Source of the DNA: Oikopleura dioica
Taxonomy: Eukaryota; Animalia; Chordata
Direction of reading: 5' to 3'
Assembly (NCBI GenBank): GCA_907165135.1
Contig: OU015568.1
Span: 4,278,001-4,342,000 of the forward strand
Length of the DNA stretch: 64,000 nt
In this document: piece by piece, positions 36,647 through 49,228 of the stretch
Layout: each line of letters begins with the position of its first letter
Position numbering within the stretch: position 1 is the stretch's first letter
The notes under the pieces: model-generated
Told to the model about the DNA's origin: nothing
What the model saw: the letters and a program-made list of their open reading frames with translations, nothing else
Databases searched by the model: none
Translations under genes and position numbers: made by a program

Positions 36647-37502
36647 CTTGTCTTGGTTCTGCCCGAAACTTCGAACTTGCTTGACCAATTTTCTTCCCGT
36701 AATAAGAAAAACGGAGAATTTTATCAGCTTCTTGAAAATGATAATATTTTTGTGAAAAATTCGCCGCTTTCGATTTTTGGGCAAGTTTCGTAGAAGTGTT
36801 CCGAAAATACACAAAAGTTTGTTTTTCGAAAAATCAAAGCGCGAGTTTTTCTTTTCGCGAAATTTCGCGTTACAGTAGTTTTTTTCGCGTTGCGAAAAAT
36901 CTTGATAAAAAAAGATGATCTGTTACCTAAAATCCTCGGCTACGATGTAAGGGTATGCTCTCGGCGTGTCGCCTTCGTTGCTGATAAGGATTTGTGGCGA
37001 TTGTTATCAGCGGAAAAAGTGCGATGTGAAAATCATAGGCCACGAGCTTCGAAAAATGTCGAGCGCTGAAAAGTTGCGGCCGACTCAGTTTTACAAATCT
37101 GCATTCTTGAGGTACTCTTCCTGGCTGACAGCAATTTTCAAACGGTAATTAGATGAATGATTCTTACGAAAAGAAGGCTGAACAAGAAGCGCTTTATAAT
37201 GGGCCAGATATAATGATCCTTCTGAGTCTAAAGCTAGAAGCCGCATTGCGGCTTTTATAAAGAAACGAAGCCATCAAACATTAGAAATAATTCATATTGA
37301 AAATTTCGCGAAGCCGCTTTGCGGCTTCGATTCTTAAAAAGCCGCTATGCGGCTTTTCATTTTAGACCTCTCAAATCCTGCCTAGAGTTCTCTGCCAGCT
37401 TTTTGACTGTTTTTTCTGCATGCGGCTTCTCAATTTTTTTCGAATGTCAAGTGTTTGGATTTTGTTTGATTTTCTTGTAGTCAGTATATTTTATTCCGCA
37501 AT

Positions 37503-37676
37503 TTACTCACAGCAGTAAGAGGAACAAGGTTCTTCACTTTTCTTTGCAATGAGCTTGAGCAGCAGGTTGATAATCTTCAGTTTGTTGATGATCTTGAACA
37601 GGCAGATGATGATGATGACCAGAAGAGCGACAGTTATTTTCTCAAAGAAGATAGCTTTCGAATCGAAAAAGTCCAT
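37503..37676 (-). CDS. Possible small single-TM protein exon
   Basis: MDFFDSKAIFFEKITVALLVIIIICLFKIINKLKIINLLLKLIAKKSEEPCSSY, ending at a GTGAGT donor-like site. Confidence 0.3.
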   Translation of the reverse strand: MDFFDSKAIFFEKITVALLVIIIICLFKIINKLKIINLLLKLIAKKSEEPCSSYCCE

Positions 37677-39877
37677 TTGAATTAAAAAGCTTCGCTTTTC
37701 GTTTAATTTTATGATTCGCAAAGCACTGGACAGCAAATTTCCATAAGTTACGATGGAGCTCCACTCATTTGCGATCGATTGATTTTTCCGTTATTTCACT
37801 TTTGCCGTGTTTATTTGCATTATTTTGTGAACACTTTCTAAATTCCCGTGAGCGTCAAAAGACGGGCGAAAGGGGCTCAAATACGGCTTAGCGGTGAGTT
37901 TGTCAAAGAGGCGGACGCGTCGAGGATTTGCTTTCTTTAAGACCCAATCTAAACAAATAATTAGAACAGCGAATTACTGATTAACAAGAGACAGAAAGAC
38001 ACCTTTTTTCGTCTCTTTCCGACCCTTTTCGTCTCTTCTGACTTCAGTTGTCGATTATGGAGCTTTTGCGGAAAGGATACTTTTTTTGCCATAATTTTAA
38101 TAAATCTAATAATACCGTCCGGACTCTATTTTCATGAAAAAAGAGCTGGAATCGTTCTTTTCCCGTTATCGGTGCCAGTCCAAGTTCAACACGTTACTAA
38201 CAAGAGCTCATTTGCCTTTCTTGCGGAGAGACGCTGTCGCCATAATTATGCAACACCGTTGGACAGACTGGGAAATTTGAAATTAACGCCGCATCTGTTT
38301 TTTCCTTGAAAAATGACTTGATTTTTTAATGAAATGATGAATTCAAATCTCAAATTCTTTCCAAAAAAGGGAAAAATGATGAAAAAAGTGATTTTTAGAT
38401 CATTTTTTTCAAAAATTTTTCACGGAGCATCTAATAAAATTTGACGGTAAAACATTCCCGGAGCTGGAAAATAAACAAAATGATGGTTAGAAAGGGGCTT
38501 ATCCAGAAGGGTAATCCGTGGAAATCCAAAGAAGCTGGCAAGAACCCACAAAATCCGATTAGTTCCTATTCTAAAGGAAGGGTTTATCGCTTCTAGAGCC
38601 TGATTTTTTCGCGCCAAAACGAACAGGAATGTGATCATCAGAGTTTTGGAGCAAGAACACGTGACCTTTTTCACCCCAAAGTCATTTCTGCCGCGTGATA
38701 ATCTTCTTTCCGGAGATAAATGGATAGCGACTTGTCGAACACGTGGCACTTAAGGGTATCCATCTGCTTACAGAAAAAAAACTGCAGAGAACGACTCTTG
38801 ATGCGACAGTTTTTACTCTGTTAAAAGTTCCTGTTGATTAAAAAAAAAGATTAAAAATTAATTCTGTAAATTTAAATTGAAAATAAAGCTGGTAAATTGG
38901 CCGACATTTTTATTGCTCGCTTGATCAAAATATGAGCTCGGGTGAGTAAAAGTTCAAGGCACTGATTTCATCTGAAATGAATCTTTTCTCTCTTATTACT
39001 GGAAGTCTTCAGTGAGAAGAGCTGGTTTCTCAAGTTTTCTAAAAACTGCCCCTTGACCGGAAGTGCTTCTGTCAAACACACTTTGGAGAGAGAAACGGTC
39101 GGGATAAGTCGAGATTATTTAATAAATACTCACTTTGGCTTTTTAATTTTTTGATTTTTGGGAAGTCTGACGACTAAAATTAGAGCAGGCTTCGTAAGTT
39201 GGTCGAACAAAGCTTCCAATCAGTCGATAAGCACTGAAGTGTTGTTTTTGCGCTATCTGCACTAAAGAATCGGAGTGTATCAGTGGCTAATTGGATAATT
39301 CGCGAGAAAATTACTCCCGGACTCTCACAGCGATAAGAGCAGAGGGTACTTAACCAGTTCAGAGTTATCGCTCAATTTAAAAAAAAACCAAAAGAAAACA
39401 AATTGCTTATCCGCTTCTCGATTTGATGGATGAATTTTGAATTTTTGGAACGAGAAGAAAGAAAAAAATTTTGAGTGAATAAATCCTATTGCGAGAAATT
39501 GCGGAACGAAACGGCGGAGGTAGATAACGCCAGTTCGATATATTTGGACGGGTATGACGATTAGAAGAAAAACTTTCAATTAGAGAGCGGTAAGTGGGAC
39601 CGCTGGCTATCCGGTAGTACGCTTGCGTGACGAATTCGGTGAGTTTTATGGGTTCCGCGCACGTTGCTGCCCGCTTCTTGTCCACTTGGAAGAGAAAGTT
39701 ACTTCCTTCTTAGGCGACTGATTGGAAATTTTGATAAAGAAAGAAGCGAAAATTGGAAAGTAGCAATTTTAGATTACCAACTGTTCTCAAAACAATGTGG
39801 TTTTACCGGGAGATAAAAACCTTCTTTGACGCCTTTGAAACTTTTCTTTTCTAAGCTCTAGGATTAATGTGTTTTTT

Positions 39878-40125
39878 TCGACGACATTCAGCAATAAACG
39901 GCCACATTAAGCGACATTCAACGACATTTGCCGACAGTCAACGACATTTGCCGACATTGATCGACATTCAACGACATTTGCCGACATTCGTCGACATTCG
40001 GCCATTTTGAGCGACATTTAACGACATTCAGCGACATTCAGCGACATTTGGGGACATTGAGCGACATTCGACGACATTTTTTGTTATTCAGCGAAATTCG
40101 GCGACTTTCGGCGATATAACAAGTA
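39878..40125 (+). repeat. Degenerate 10-bp (CGACATTCRR)n array; decayed relative of the 25442 element's right end
   Basis: About 20 CGACATT units ending in TTCGGCGATATAACAAGT, versus TTCGGCGACATAACCAGTG at 25841-25859. Confidence 0.7.
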
Positions 40126-42980
40126 TTGCCTTGATTTCAGCAGTTGCGGTCAAGAATTTTTACTCAAAGTAAATCAACCACAAGCTATCAATAGAACGAA
40201 GTAGAAAACCAGAAAATGGAATAAGAAAATGCGAGAAGAAGAATTCTTGCGTTTTTCCAGCCGCGTTTTAACTGGAGTGAAACCGGAGCGAGGTTCCTCG
40301 AAAGCTAACTGAGAGAGTCCTTAGCCTCTCAGCTTTTAAATCAGACGCGAGGAGGATAAGTTTAAATCAAAGCTGGACAAATGATCTTCAGCCGGAAAAG
40401 GATCAGATCGGGTTGAAAGAAAAAAAAGGAAAATAATAAAAATAAAATGCCGGGATGGTTACGTATATGTTCATAGAATTAAGTGGAGCCGTTCTTGAAA
40501 TGTTCATTGGATAATCACTTTTGAGAAAATTCTCAGATGTGCATCCCCTTGAATGTTGGCTTGAGAGAATGTTTCGTCTTCACGGAATAATTGCGAGGAT
40601 AATCTAATCAGGGCAAATTGCACAAACCAAAAACCACAGCAATTTCTAGCGCAATCAAAAATAATCGACAAAAGTCACATCCGCCTATTTTCTTTCGACG
40701 TCTTTGAGGAAAAGAAAAATTGTATGTGCGAATTTTTGACTTTTCGCGGCTCATGTCAGATTTGCGCAAGCTTACAGGAGAGCAACAAGTTGTTACTACT
40801 TTTTAAGTTTTTAAGTAATCACGTTGCGTAAAATGCAGCTTTTTTCGCTGGCTCTGGCCACACCTAAACAGCTTAACAAGTGACCCAATCAAGTACGAAC
40901 GAAAAAAACATGATGCATGGAAAAATGGAGTGAAAGATTTTTTGGCAAATTTATTGACGGGGGCTCCTTAAATGGTAAAATTTGAAAAGCCTTTTCGCGG
41001 CTTTATGTAATATTTTGACACCCTTAAGTCTTGTCATTTTGAACCTCAATTAAAGAACTCAACATCTAATTTTTAGAAAATTTTTTTTTGAAAAATTGCA
41101 TGTTTGGGCGTGCATCTGTACCATTCTGCGCCGATACATCAGCACTGCGAACATCAAACAGCTGAGATTAGTCGTAATGAATTTTGTGAAAGAAAGTGAA
41201 GAATTTAGAAACGCAGGGGCTCAATCAGCTCTTTAGAAATATCTTCAAGACTCAGCAGGTTAGATGTTTTTTAATCCGGTTTGAGCGGAAAACGGTTTAT
41301 TTTTTTCGTGATTTCGGAGGGTGTTTAGGGTATCCTGAAAGTTTTGCTTCCAAATAAATAGAAAAAATAATGAATGAAATTCGAGTTTTGTGAATTTATT
41401 TTTTATTCATACTTTAAACCGTTCAATTATCGAGTAGGGTTCCCTTAATTTGGCTATGGAAACGAGCTCCTTAAATTTGACGATTCATGTATATAATATT
41501 TTCAGCACGGGCTAAACGGCGAAGGTGAAACGTGACAAGCACCGGGTTCCGATTGAATTTAGTGATATGGTATGCATCGAGGAAATTCCAACAAATCGAA
41601 TATGTGACCGAGCGGTGACATGGACATGGGACGCTCCAGTCGACACCACGCATCACCCAAACATTCCCGAACAGATAAACGCTCTCATAGACGGAAGGAG
41701 CTGCTCGAACTTGGCCAAACCCTTTTTTTCATCATTAGCAAATTTGATGAATTTGGTTGAGTTTCTTGATATCTGATTCGCTGGCAGACGAAATCAAGAC
41801 TTCTGATTGGCTTAAAACTTGAATTGCAAAATTTCATTTTATTCCCGATTTTCAGTTTGTCAATGATTTTCTCCACACGAAAAAACACTCAGAAAAAAAT
41901 CCCTGGAAGTGATCTAAAATCAGCGTGCTTTATCTTAATGGCCCCTCAAAGCCCGCTCGACCGGTAACCAGTTAAGTGCTGGACTCTTTTCGTTCCCTTT
42001 TTTTCGCCGCCAATTAAGTTTCCTTTCCATGATTTGAGAAAACCAAATTTCTTTTTCGAGTCGTTAGAGAGTGTTCCGCGGAATTCATTTTGACTCAACG
42101 TGCACAACAAAAAGCTAGAATTATTTCGTGCGCGGGGATGAATTATTTTTGCAGCTGAGTTCTAGTGGCGAAACTCAAAAAAATAAGAAGATCAATTTAA
42201 TAACATCTTCAATTTCAAGTGATAATTAACTGGACTCTTTAAAAGTTATTCTTCCTTTTACTTATAATTCTTCCAGCAAAAGAGTCCTCCAGGCACTTAA
42301 GAAAAAGACATCTGCTCACTTGGTGTCGCTTTTTTGGGCTTTCATTTTCGATACCTTTTATTTTAATTGACCCCTTGTTAAAAAAGATACTCACGTCTAT
42401 CGAAAATTAAATTACTTGCACTTTAGCCGATCAAGTACTTGAAAGTGAGCATCCTCCATTTTTGAGTATCAATTCGTCCTTCGAGGAACATCTTTCTTTT
42501 TTCAGTAACCAGTATTACTTTACCAGTAAAGTAAGTTTATTAAAAAAGATCGTGGCAAAATTTGAAGAAGAGTAAGTTGGTAAGTTGCGCAGCGTCAAAT
42601 ATTATTTTCGTAAATTTTTGTATACAAAATTTTCTGTCGCTAGAAGTGGAAGATGACGGCGAAGTTAAAACATCATTAGCGAAAAAAAACGTGCCTTGGA
42701 AAAATTTACAAGACAATTTTCGAAGAAAGAAGTGACTTCCAGAAGACTCTCGAATTCAATGGAAAGTTGATCGAGTTAAAGAAATCACGGGTTCTTTTCT
42801 TCGTTTTATTTGACAATTGGTGCCTCGATTTCCGGTTTTTTCATTGATCATGACTAAAAAGGAAGTTCTTGGTAAGTAAGACTTCAGATTAATTTTCAAA
42901 GAGACTCAGCATTTTTCTTGATTTTCACAGCTAAAATTCTACTTCCTTCTTTTTCTATAAATAATTAAAAAATTCAGAAG

Positions 42981-43557
42981 ATGAAACTTTTCGCAGCTCT
43001 TTTCGCGGCCGCTTTCGGTCAAGAAATGCCCGCTGATTCTGGCGAAACGAATATTATTATGATCAATATGAACGCAGCAAATATTCAAGTAAGTCCTCTC
43101 ATTTCCGTAGTAATCCTCTTATGCGGTCACTAAGAGGCTTTTTCCTCGTATTTTTAGCAATCAATAACGGCAATAAGTTCAATTGGGACTTTAAAATTTG
43201 AATATTTTTTTTTTATAATTTGATTTCAAGATGAACATGGGCGATTTTGCTGGATCCGAAGTACCGAATCTTGAGTCTCCCGGAATTTCCTTCGATTTAT
43301 TCGGCGAACTGACTGAAGAAGAAAAAGCGCAAGTCAACAGCCTTTTCTCTAATTCGGAGATTCAAGACGGTCTCCAGCTCTTGACTGGCAAGCTACCCGG
43401 CTTCTCTTCCTTCTACGATGCGCTTTACCCAGCAGAATCGACTACAACAACTACTCAGCAGACTACTACTACTCAAGGAAATGATTTAATAAAGAAATTA
43501 TTTTTAAAAAAATTTAAAATTAAAGAATATTTTTTTCATCCAAATTTTTTCGAATGA
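42981..43557 (+). CDS. Small secreted protein, paralog A
   Basis: Exon 1 (42981-43088, GTAAGT donor) reads MKLFAALFAAAFGQEMPADSGETNIIMINMNAANIQ. Exon 2 from 43231 reads MNMGDFAGSEVPNL...PGFSSFYDALYPAESTTTTT. The 3' end is uncertain (possible CAAG/GA donor near 43478). Confidence 0.75.
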
Positions 43558-43748
43558 AAAAAATATTTTTTCAGAAAGAAATTTTTTAAATAAAAATATA
43601 TTTTTTCAAAAGCATTATTTTTTCATAAAAATCATCAATAAGAATCCGCTGGAATGGGAAAATAATTCCTCGAATCTTCCATCTTTTCAAATCAGTCAAA
43701 AGATCATTTTTTCTTGAATTCAATTGAACATTTCTTTCTTTTCAGAGC

Positions 43749-44185
43749 ATGAAAATCTTGAGCTTATTGATCGGAACTCTGCTCGGACAGGACATGGGTC
43801 CTGAGCCCGCGCCGGAACCGACGAAGAAAACCAACATCCTGTTTATAAATATGAACCGGGCAAATATCCAGGTAACAATCAAAATAAGAAAAAAAAAGCA
43901 AGGTTGTTTTTTTGCTTTAGATGAACATGGGCAACTTCACTAATTCGAGCGTTCCTACAATTGATGCTTCAGGTTTCTTAATTTTTTTTTCTTCCGAAAA
44001 CCGAAATTTCAGGAGGCTCATTCGACTTGATGACAAACCTCAATACCTCCGAACAAGCCACCCTCGAAACAATGCTTTCGAACACCGAAGTCGAGTCTGG
44101 CCTAAAAATCCTCGCCGAAAAAATCCCCGGATTCTCGACATTCTACGACGCTCTCTACCCCTCCGAAACGACCACCTCCACATAA
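43749..44185 (+). CDS. Small secreted protein, paralog B
   Basis: Exons 43749-43871, 43921-43972 and 44013-44185 give MKILSLLIGTLLGQDMGPEPAPEPTKKTNILFINMNRANIQ-MNMGNFTNSSVPTIDASG-GSFDLM...PGFSTFYDALYPSETTTST*. All junctions are GT-AG. Confidence 0.8.
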
Positions 44186-44435
44186 ATCAAACATTCTCAC
44201 GAAATGCAACTTGAAGAATAAATTTTCGAAAGCATGCTGCATGTTCAACTCTACCTTCTTTTCTTGCGCGTTTAAAAAATACTTCTGAGTTTTTTCTGCG
44301 GCTCGTGAAGAATTCCTCGTGAATTTATTGAGAAAGCAACAAGTTCGATTAGCTTTTCAGCAAGTTTTCTTTAAAATTTTAAGTTTAATTAAACTCCCTC
44401 AATTGGGTCTCGAATCATACAGAACGCCGTATTAA

Positions 44436-44625
44436 GGGAGAGGCGTCAGGGACCCAAAAAAATCGAAAAAATTTGCGTGGGCGGCTACTCGGCTGCTGAT
44501 TGGCCTTTTTGACGAATCGAGGTTTCTGATTGGCCTGTTTGCCTAATCCAGGCTTCTGATTGGCCTGTTTGCGAGTTAAGGCTTCTGATTTGTTGAAAAT
44601 TTTTGTGGGTTTCTGACACTTTATA
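44436..44625 (-). mobile_element. CCAAT-box MITE (copy 4, reverse orientation)
   Basis: TTAA-GGGAGAGGCGTCAGGGAC...GCGTGGGCGG...CTGATTGG x3. Confidence 0.7.
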
Positions 44626-45242
44626 CCATTACCCTGACTCGTTATTCTGGCAATCAAAAAACCTGACTCAGGTTTTCAATACAGCTTGTTTAGCCGAGCC
44701 CGAAAAGGCTCACGTTTTCAAAAAATGACTTGTCCCTAACCCAATTTTACGCGTTAATCAGTAGAGTTGTACCGAGTCGTCTTTACAACACCGCAAAGTA
44801 CTACCTTTGATTTCATTGATCTTTTCAAAAAAATAATTTTCCGAAGATTTGAAAAACGAAATGAGAGAACGTGAGTTGTTACAATTCCTTCTTTCTTATC
44901 ACGGAGGCAGTGTCGGGCTAAAAAATGTCAGGTGTTTTTGCTGGTTACGTAGAACCGAAAGATAACTGGCTCATCTGACTTTCAAAAAAAGAAGGGGCAG
45001 CGGCGGATTAGCCACAAGGCCACAAAAACACGTTTCGAAAATTGCCAGCTCAATTCGACTATAGGCTGCGATTGGAACCGTGCTCAAGAGCAAAGATCGT
45101 GTTTCGCCTGGTTAATTGTACATCTGTCATTTTCGTCCGTCCAGTTAAAATGTGAGTGCGGAATCGGGAATCGCTAAAAACCTATAATTTGCAAAAGATC
45201 AGACATCGGCTTGTCAAAATAGAATGCTCTCAAATTTAAGGT

Positions 45243-45484
45243 TATAGGGTTTGCTAGACTCTCGCCCACGTTATCATTATCTGATCGAGCGCAACTCCGG
45301 TCGAGCTCGATCAGAAGTGGCATTCGTAACTTTTACTCTCTCCGAGCAACTCGTTATTTATTTCCAGCTTTTCTCTTCAATAATATACAGCAACGATTAC
45401 TCTACTACCCGACTCTTCCTTGTTGACTTAGAGATTAGCAGGCATTCTTCCAGTGGGAAAAGGCAGTATAGCAGACTCCTTACA
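45243..45484 (+). repeat. 5' LTR (TA...CA termini)
   Basis: TATAGGGTTTGC...CTCCTTACA, repeated at 49229-50279. Confidence 0.92.
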
Positions 45485-45485
45485 G

Positions 45486-45499
45486 TGGTGTCAAGAAGA
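45486..45499 (+). promoter_or_regulatory. Primer-binding site
   Basis: TGGTGTCAAGAAGA begins 1 nt after the LTR. It resembles tRNA-Leu-type PBSs (TGGTGTCAGAAGTGG); the tRNA assignment is inference. Confidence 0.65.
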
Positions 45500-46132
45500 C
45501 CCAGATTCTGGAAAAGTGACGACTTCTCCGACGAGTAAATTTCGCCGTTTCGACCAATCAGAGACCGCGGATTACGAATCAACTCCTAATTTTCCTTGGA
45601 ACCGCTAGAAACGCCGTTTCAAGAGAATATTACGAAAATTACGAAAACAGAAATTCCCGCCGCGCACAAAAATTCCGTTGGCCCTGATCACCGCCATCCG
45701 AAATCGCCGCGAGAATAAAACAACAAACCCACGCACCGAGCAACGGAACACGCCCGCGCCACTCCTTCGCTCACCACACACACACCTCCAACACCTCGCG
45801 CGCGCCACCACGCCGCCGCCTAGGCCCCGCCGCGGACAAGTGACGCAACGCCCACCTACACACGCGAAAACGAAACACCACTCACTCTGAAAATAATCAG
45901 AAGACACAAAGCCGCGAAAACTAAAACAAAAACACAGAAGACAGAGAATTTTACGAAAACACTTCCAGCAAGAGAAAATTTGCCAAGAGAAGACAAGAAC
46001 TCCGAGATCGACAACGCGTACATCGGCACCTCAGCGTCATTGTCAGTAACCGTAAAAAGTTGCTGGCTATTTCTGAGGGCCCAAAAGGTAAAACTTTTGA
46101 TCAAGATCTCGTGACTTCGCACATTTTGAGCT

Positions 46133-47671
46133 ATGACCGACAACGATCCGGGATCAATATACGAAGCGGGCGTCCGAATCTCACTACTTCTGGACATGAA
46201 CCGCGACCTTGAGAGTCAGATACAAGCTGACCCGGCGAAAGAGCCAGTCTTGCGTCCGATTATCAACAAAAACATCTTGGAACGGGACCGGATAAACCAA
46301 ATGATGGGAACCCTCTGCAAACACGAACTCAACCGTTCCCAGTCTTTCGCCCAAGGTCACCAAACAACCGCGGATTATCGAGAAGAAGCTCACATCACAG
46401 CCACATTTACACGATACATGACAGACACCTCCAAACTCGATGGAAGTTCACACGCAGAATTTACGAACTTCCTGGGCCGACTTTCAATATTTTACAAAGC
46501 ACACGTCGAAGGTCACGCAAGCAGACTACAACCATTCTTGAACTGCGTTTACTCACACCTCGATATCTCCATCGAACGACAGATCGGTGAAGAAATCCTC
46601 CAGTGCTCAACCTGGGAAGACGCAAAGACAATTCTAGAAAAAAATTTCGGCGATAGAAGCCACTTCTTCCTCTCCTTATCCGAAGTATGGGACATCGAAT
46701 TCGACCCTACGAAGCCAACCGCGCACTACGCCGCGGAAGTCCAGAAAAAGATGAGAGAGGCGAGAGGGGCGATTAAAGCCGCTTTCAAATCTCACAAAAA
46801 TCGAGACCTAGAAGCCGATGATGTCTTCGAAGTCATAGAAGCCATGCTGCTCTATCTTCAGTTACGATCCAACGAGCCTGAAGTTTTCAATCAGATTTCT
46901 CCTTCGCTGAGTAACGTCTTCTCAATAAAGGAACTTGCTCGCCTGGCACAACAAACGATCCAAAACAGAGTTGACACTTCTGTCTCCGTCAACTTCCAAA
47001 AGAAGAAAGGCGGGAGATGGAACAGGCGAAAGAAGAGCCCGAAAGGCGGAAACTCGAATAGCGAAGATACCGACTGCGACGACAAATCCGAAAAGAAAGT
47101 GATGAAGACGACAATTGAAGAACAACTGGAACCATTCCAATACTATCAACTGAAGTCGAAGAATTCAATCAAGACTAACTTCGCAGCTACAACCATCACG
47201 GTGGACTCTAACAGTTTTGACACCATGATGGAGGTAGACAGCGGAGCTGCTTCTTCTACAGTTTCAGTCGATTGCGTACCCGACCAAATTCTCAAACAAC
47301 TCCAACCCTGCCCATTCGACATTTCTGGATTCGACCCCAAGTCACCGCCGCAAAGGCCACTTGGTTTACTGGATTGCCGGTTCTCCTTCAACGATGGACC
47401 ACAAATCAAGGTCGAGCTGGTGGTTACGCCCGCCGGTTTTCCGAATCTACTGGGCAGAGACGTTCTCGACAACGCAGCGATAGACGGACTCGCTGTCGAC
47501 AACAAGTTAAGAACTCTTACGTTATATTTCGACAACTCTTTTACGAAGACGAAGTCCCAAACGATAAAACTCAAGGGTGTGGCTCATAGTAGAGTCAAGT
47601 GCTTCCGAATCACCCACAATGAGCGATCTAAAGCTACGAACGTTACTGCGGACAACAAAAGTTTACGTTAG
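46133..47671 (+). CDS. gag-pro: Retrotransposon Gag fused to aspartic protease (512 aa open frame)
   Basis: Gag-like helical region, a basic KKKGGRWNRRKK stretch, protease MEVDSGAASSTV (D-S-G) and the C-terminal NLLGRDVL motif. Confidence 0.85.
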   Translation: MTDNDPGSIYEAGVRISLLLDMNRDLESQIQADPAKEPVLRPIINKNILERDRINQMMGTLCKHELNRSQSFAQGHQTTADYREEAHITATFTRYMTDTSKLDGSSHAEFTNFLGRLSIFYKAHVEGHASRLQPFLNCVYSHLDISIERQIGEEILQCSTWEDAKTILEKNFGDRSHFFLSLSEVWDIEFDPTKPTAHYAAEVQKKMREARGAIKAAFKSHKNRDLEADDVFEVIEAMLLYLQLRSNEPEVFNQISPSLSNVFSIKELARLAQQTIQNRVDTSVSVNFQKKKGGRWNRRKKSPKGGNSNSEDTDCDDKSEKKVMKTTIEEQLEPFQYYQLKSKNSIKTNFAATTITVDSNSFDTMMEVDSGAASSTVSVDCVPDQILKQLQPCPFDISGFDPKSPPQRPLGLLDCRFSFNDGPQIKVELVVTPAGFPNLLGRDVLDNAAIDGLAVDNKLRTLTLYFDNSFTKTKSQTIKLKGVAHSRVKCFRITHNERSKATNVTADNKSLR

Positions 47672-49061
47672 CTGCATCACCGAATTCCTGTGACCAAGGA
47701 TGCCCAGCGAAGCGAGTAAAAGAGGTGCTACACATCACATTTCCGGACAAGAGCGACAAGTCACACCAGGTAGATGAGGCTTCGCGGATTCGGAATGGTC
47801 AACCGGGAAAAATTCCGTTCGGGGCGGAAACAAAAGTACCCCTCCAACAATCGGCGAGACTCCTTGGCCGAGACATCACGCAGTCCGGGACTAGGCCAAG
47901 CCCGGAAAATCTGTTGAAACCGCGGATGATGGAACCCCCAGGGAACTTAAAGGAACTCACGTCGATAATTGAGCCTCTTTGGGTTCGACCATTTGTTGAA
48001 ACGACAGTGGGAGAAAAGAACGCAACAGACAGCTTTTCTCATCGCATTGTGCCACTTTACTCAGTCAGAAACTCGGCGACTGACACAGCCGTATTCAAAT
48101 GGTCACAAAATGCGAATTTCGCGCTACAGGAGCTACAAATGCGATTGGCTCGCCCTCCGAAATGGGCATATTGGTTAGCCGCGGAGTCCAACACTCACAA
48201 AGAACACTTTGCGATTGAATGGGGATGCGAGTGTCCGGAGATGATGCTAAATGGACGCCACTTCTACCTGCATTCCGATCGTCGCCATCTGCTCTTTCTA
48301 CAAAACGGTAAGATGCCGGATTTAGCTTTGGCCAGCATCACCGAGCACAGTGGTCACGCTTCTCGACGACTCGACAATTTGAGATTCATCGACGATTTCG
48401 AAATGGACTGTATTTTCCCTCAACTCACCTCGACCATCAAGTCGAAGGCTCATCAAATAGCTCAACCGCGAATTCCACCTCCAAAGAAACCAACTCAATC
48501 GGGTTCATCGTCTCAGGGGAGAGGAGTTATACGCCCGTCAAAAGGTCTCAGGTTCAGACTATCAACCCAGATATCTCGCCTGTGAAATATGCCGCGGATG
48601 ATACTACTGGTGGAACCACCTGGGAAAACACCATCTCCGAATCAGCCCATTCTCAAGCTCTATCTACCCAGAACTTAGATGTCAAGTCGCGTGATGTGGC
48701 AGATTTAAATAATACGTCAGAAAATGTCGCATCACAAAAGAGACCCACTCCAGTGCAAAAACGACGTCAAAAGCGTACTCGACCCGAAGCTTCTCCGAAC
48801 AGTACAGTTGTCGAACTGCATTCGAAAGCGCCGCGGACATCATCTCGAGTGAAAACCCCAGTTCAACCGATGAACTTCAATAGCTCCAGCAGCAAGAGCT
48901 ACAACTATGCGAAAAATGCTGCCCCTTCAGGTCCAACAGAGCTCGCTCTGTATCATCGACCGGGGCCTGAAAAGGTTAGACTTTATCACTACAGTACCGT
49001 CGCCGACCATTTATTGAGCACAATCCCTGATCCAGCCGATTCGCCCGCTCGCCATCGCTAG
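47672..49061 (+). pseudogene. pol: Deleted pol remnants (partial RT, RNase H and integrase pieces)
   Basis: LHHRIPV (RT motif remnant), LLGRDITQSGTRPSPE...PPGNLKEL (RT thumb), FKWSQNANFALQELQMRL (connection), AIEWGCE...LNGRHFYLHSDRRHL (RNase H). No YxDD and no DDE integrase core found. Confidence 0.8.
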
Positions 49062-49220
49062 AAGAGCTACTCTACATATTTTGGTCTAGATTCATGCTTT
49101 TTCTCCCACGTGGTTTTTTAACGCAGAATCGAATCCAGAATGTAGCACTTTCTCAAGATCCTGTTCATTAGATGCGTCAAAGTCTATTCCTGCCACTATT
49201 TTTATCATATGCTCAAGTCT

Positions 49221-49228
49221 CAGGGGAG
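49221..49228 (+). promoter_or_regulatory. Polypurine tract
   Basis: CAGGGGAG directly abuts the 3' LTR start. Confidence 0.6.

Noticed and set aside
45251-45538. 95-aa ORF duplicated at 49237
   Set aside because: Lies within the LTRs; the duplication just reflects LTR identity.
48582-49061. Possible env ORF of a Tor element
   Set aside because: No signal peptide or TM segment; Ser/Thr/basic low complexity typical of an integrase C-terminal tail.
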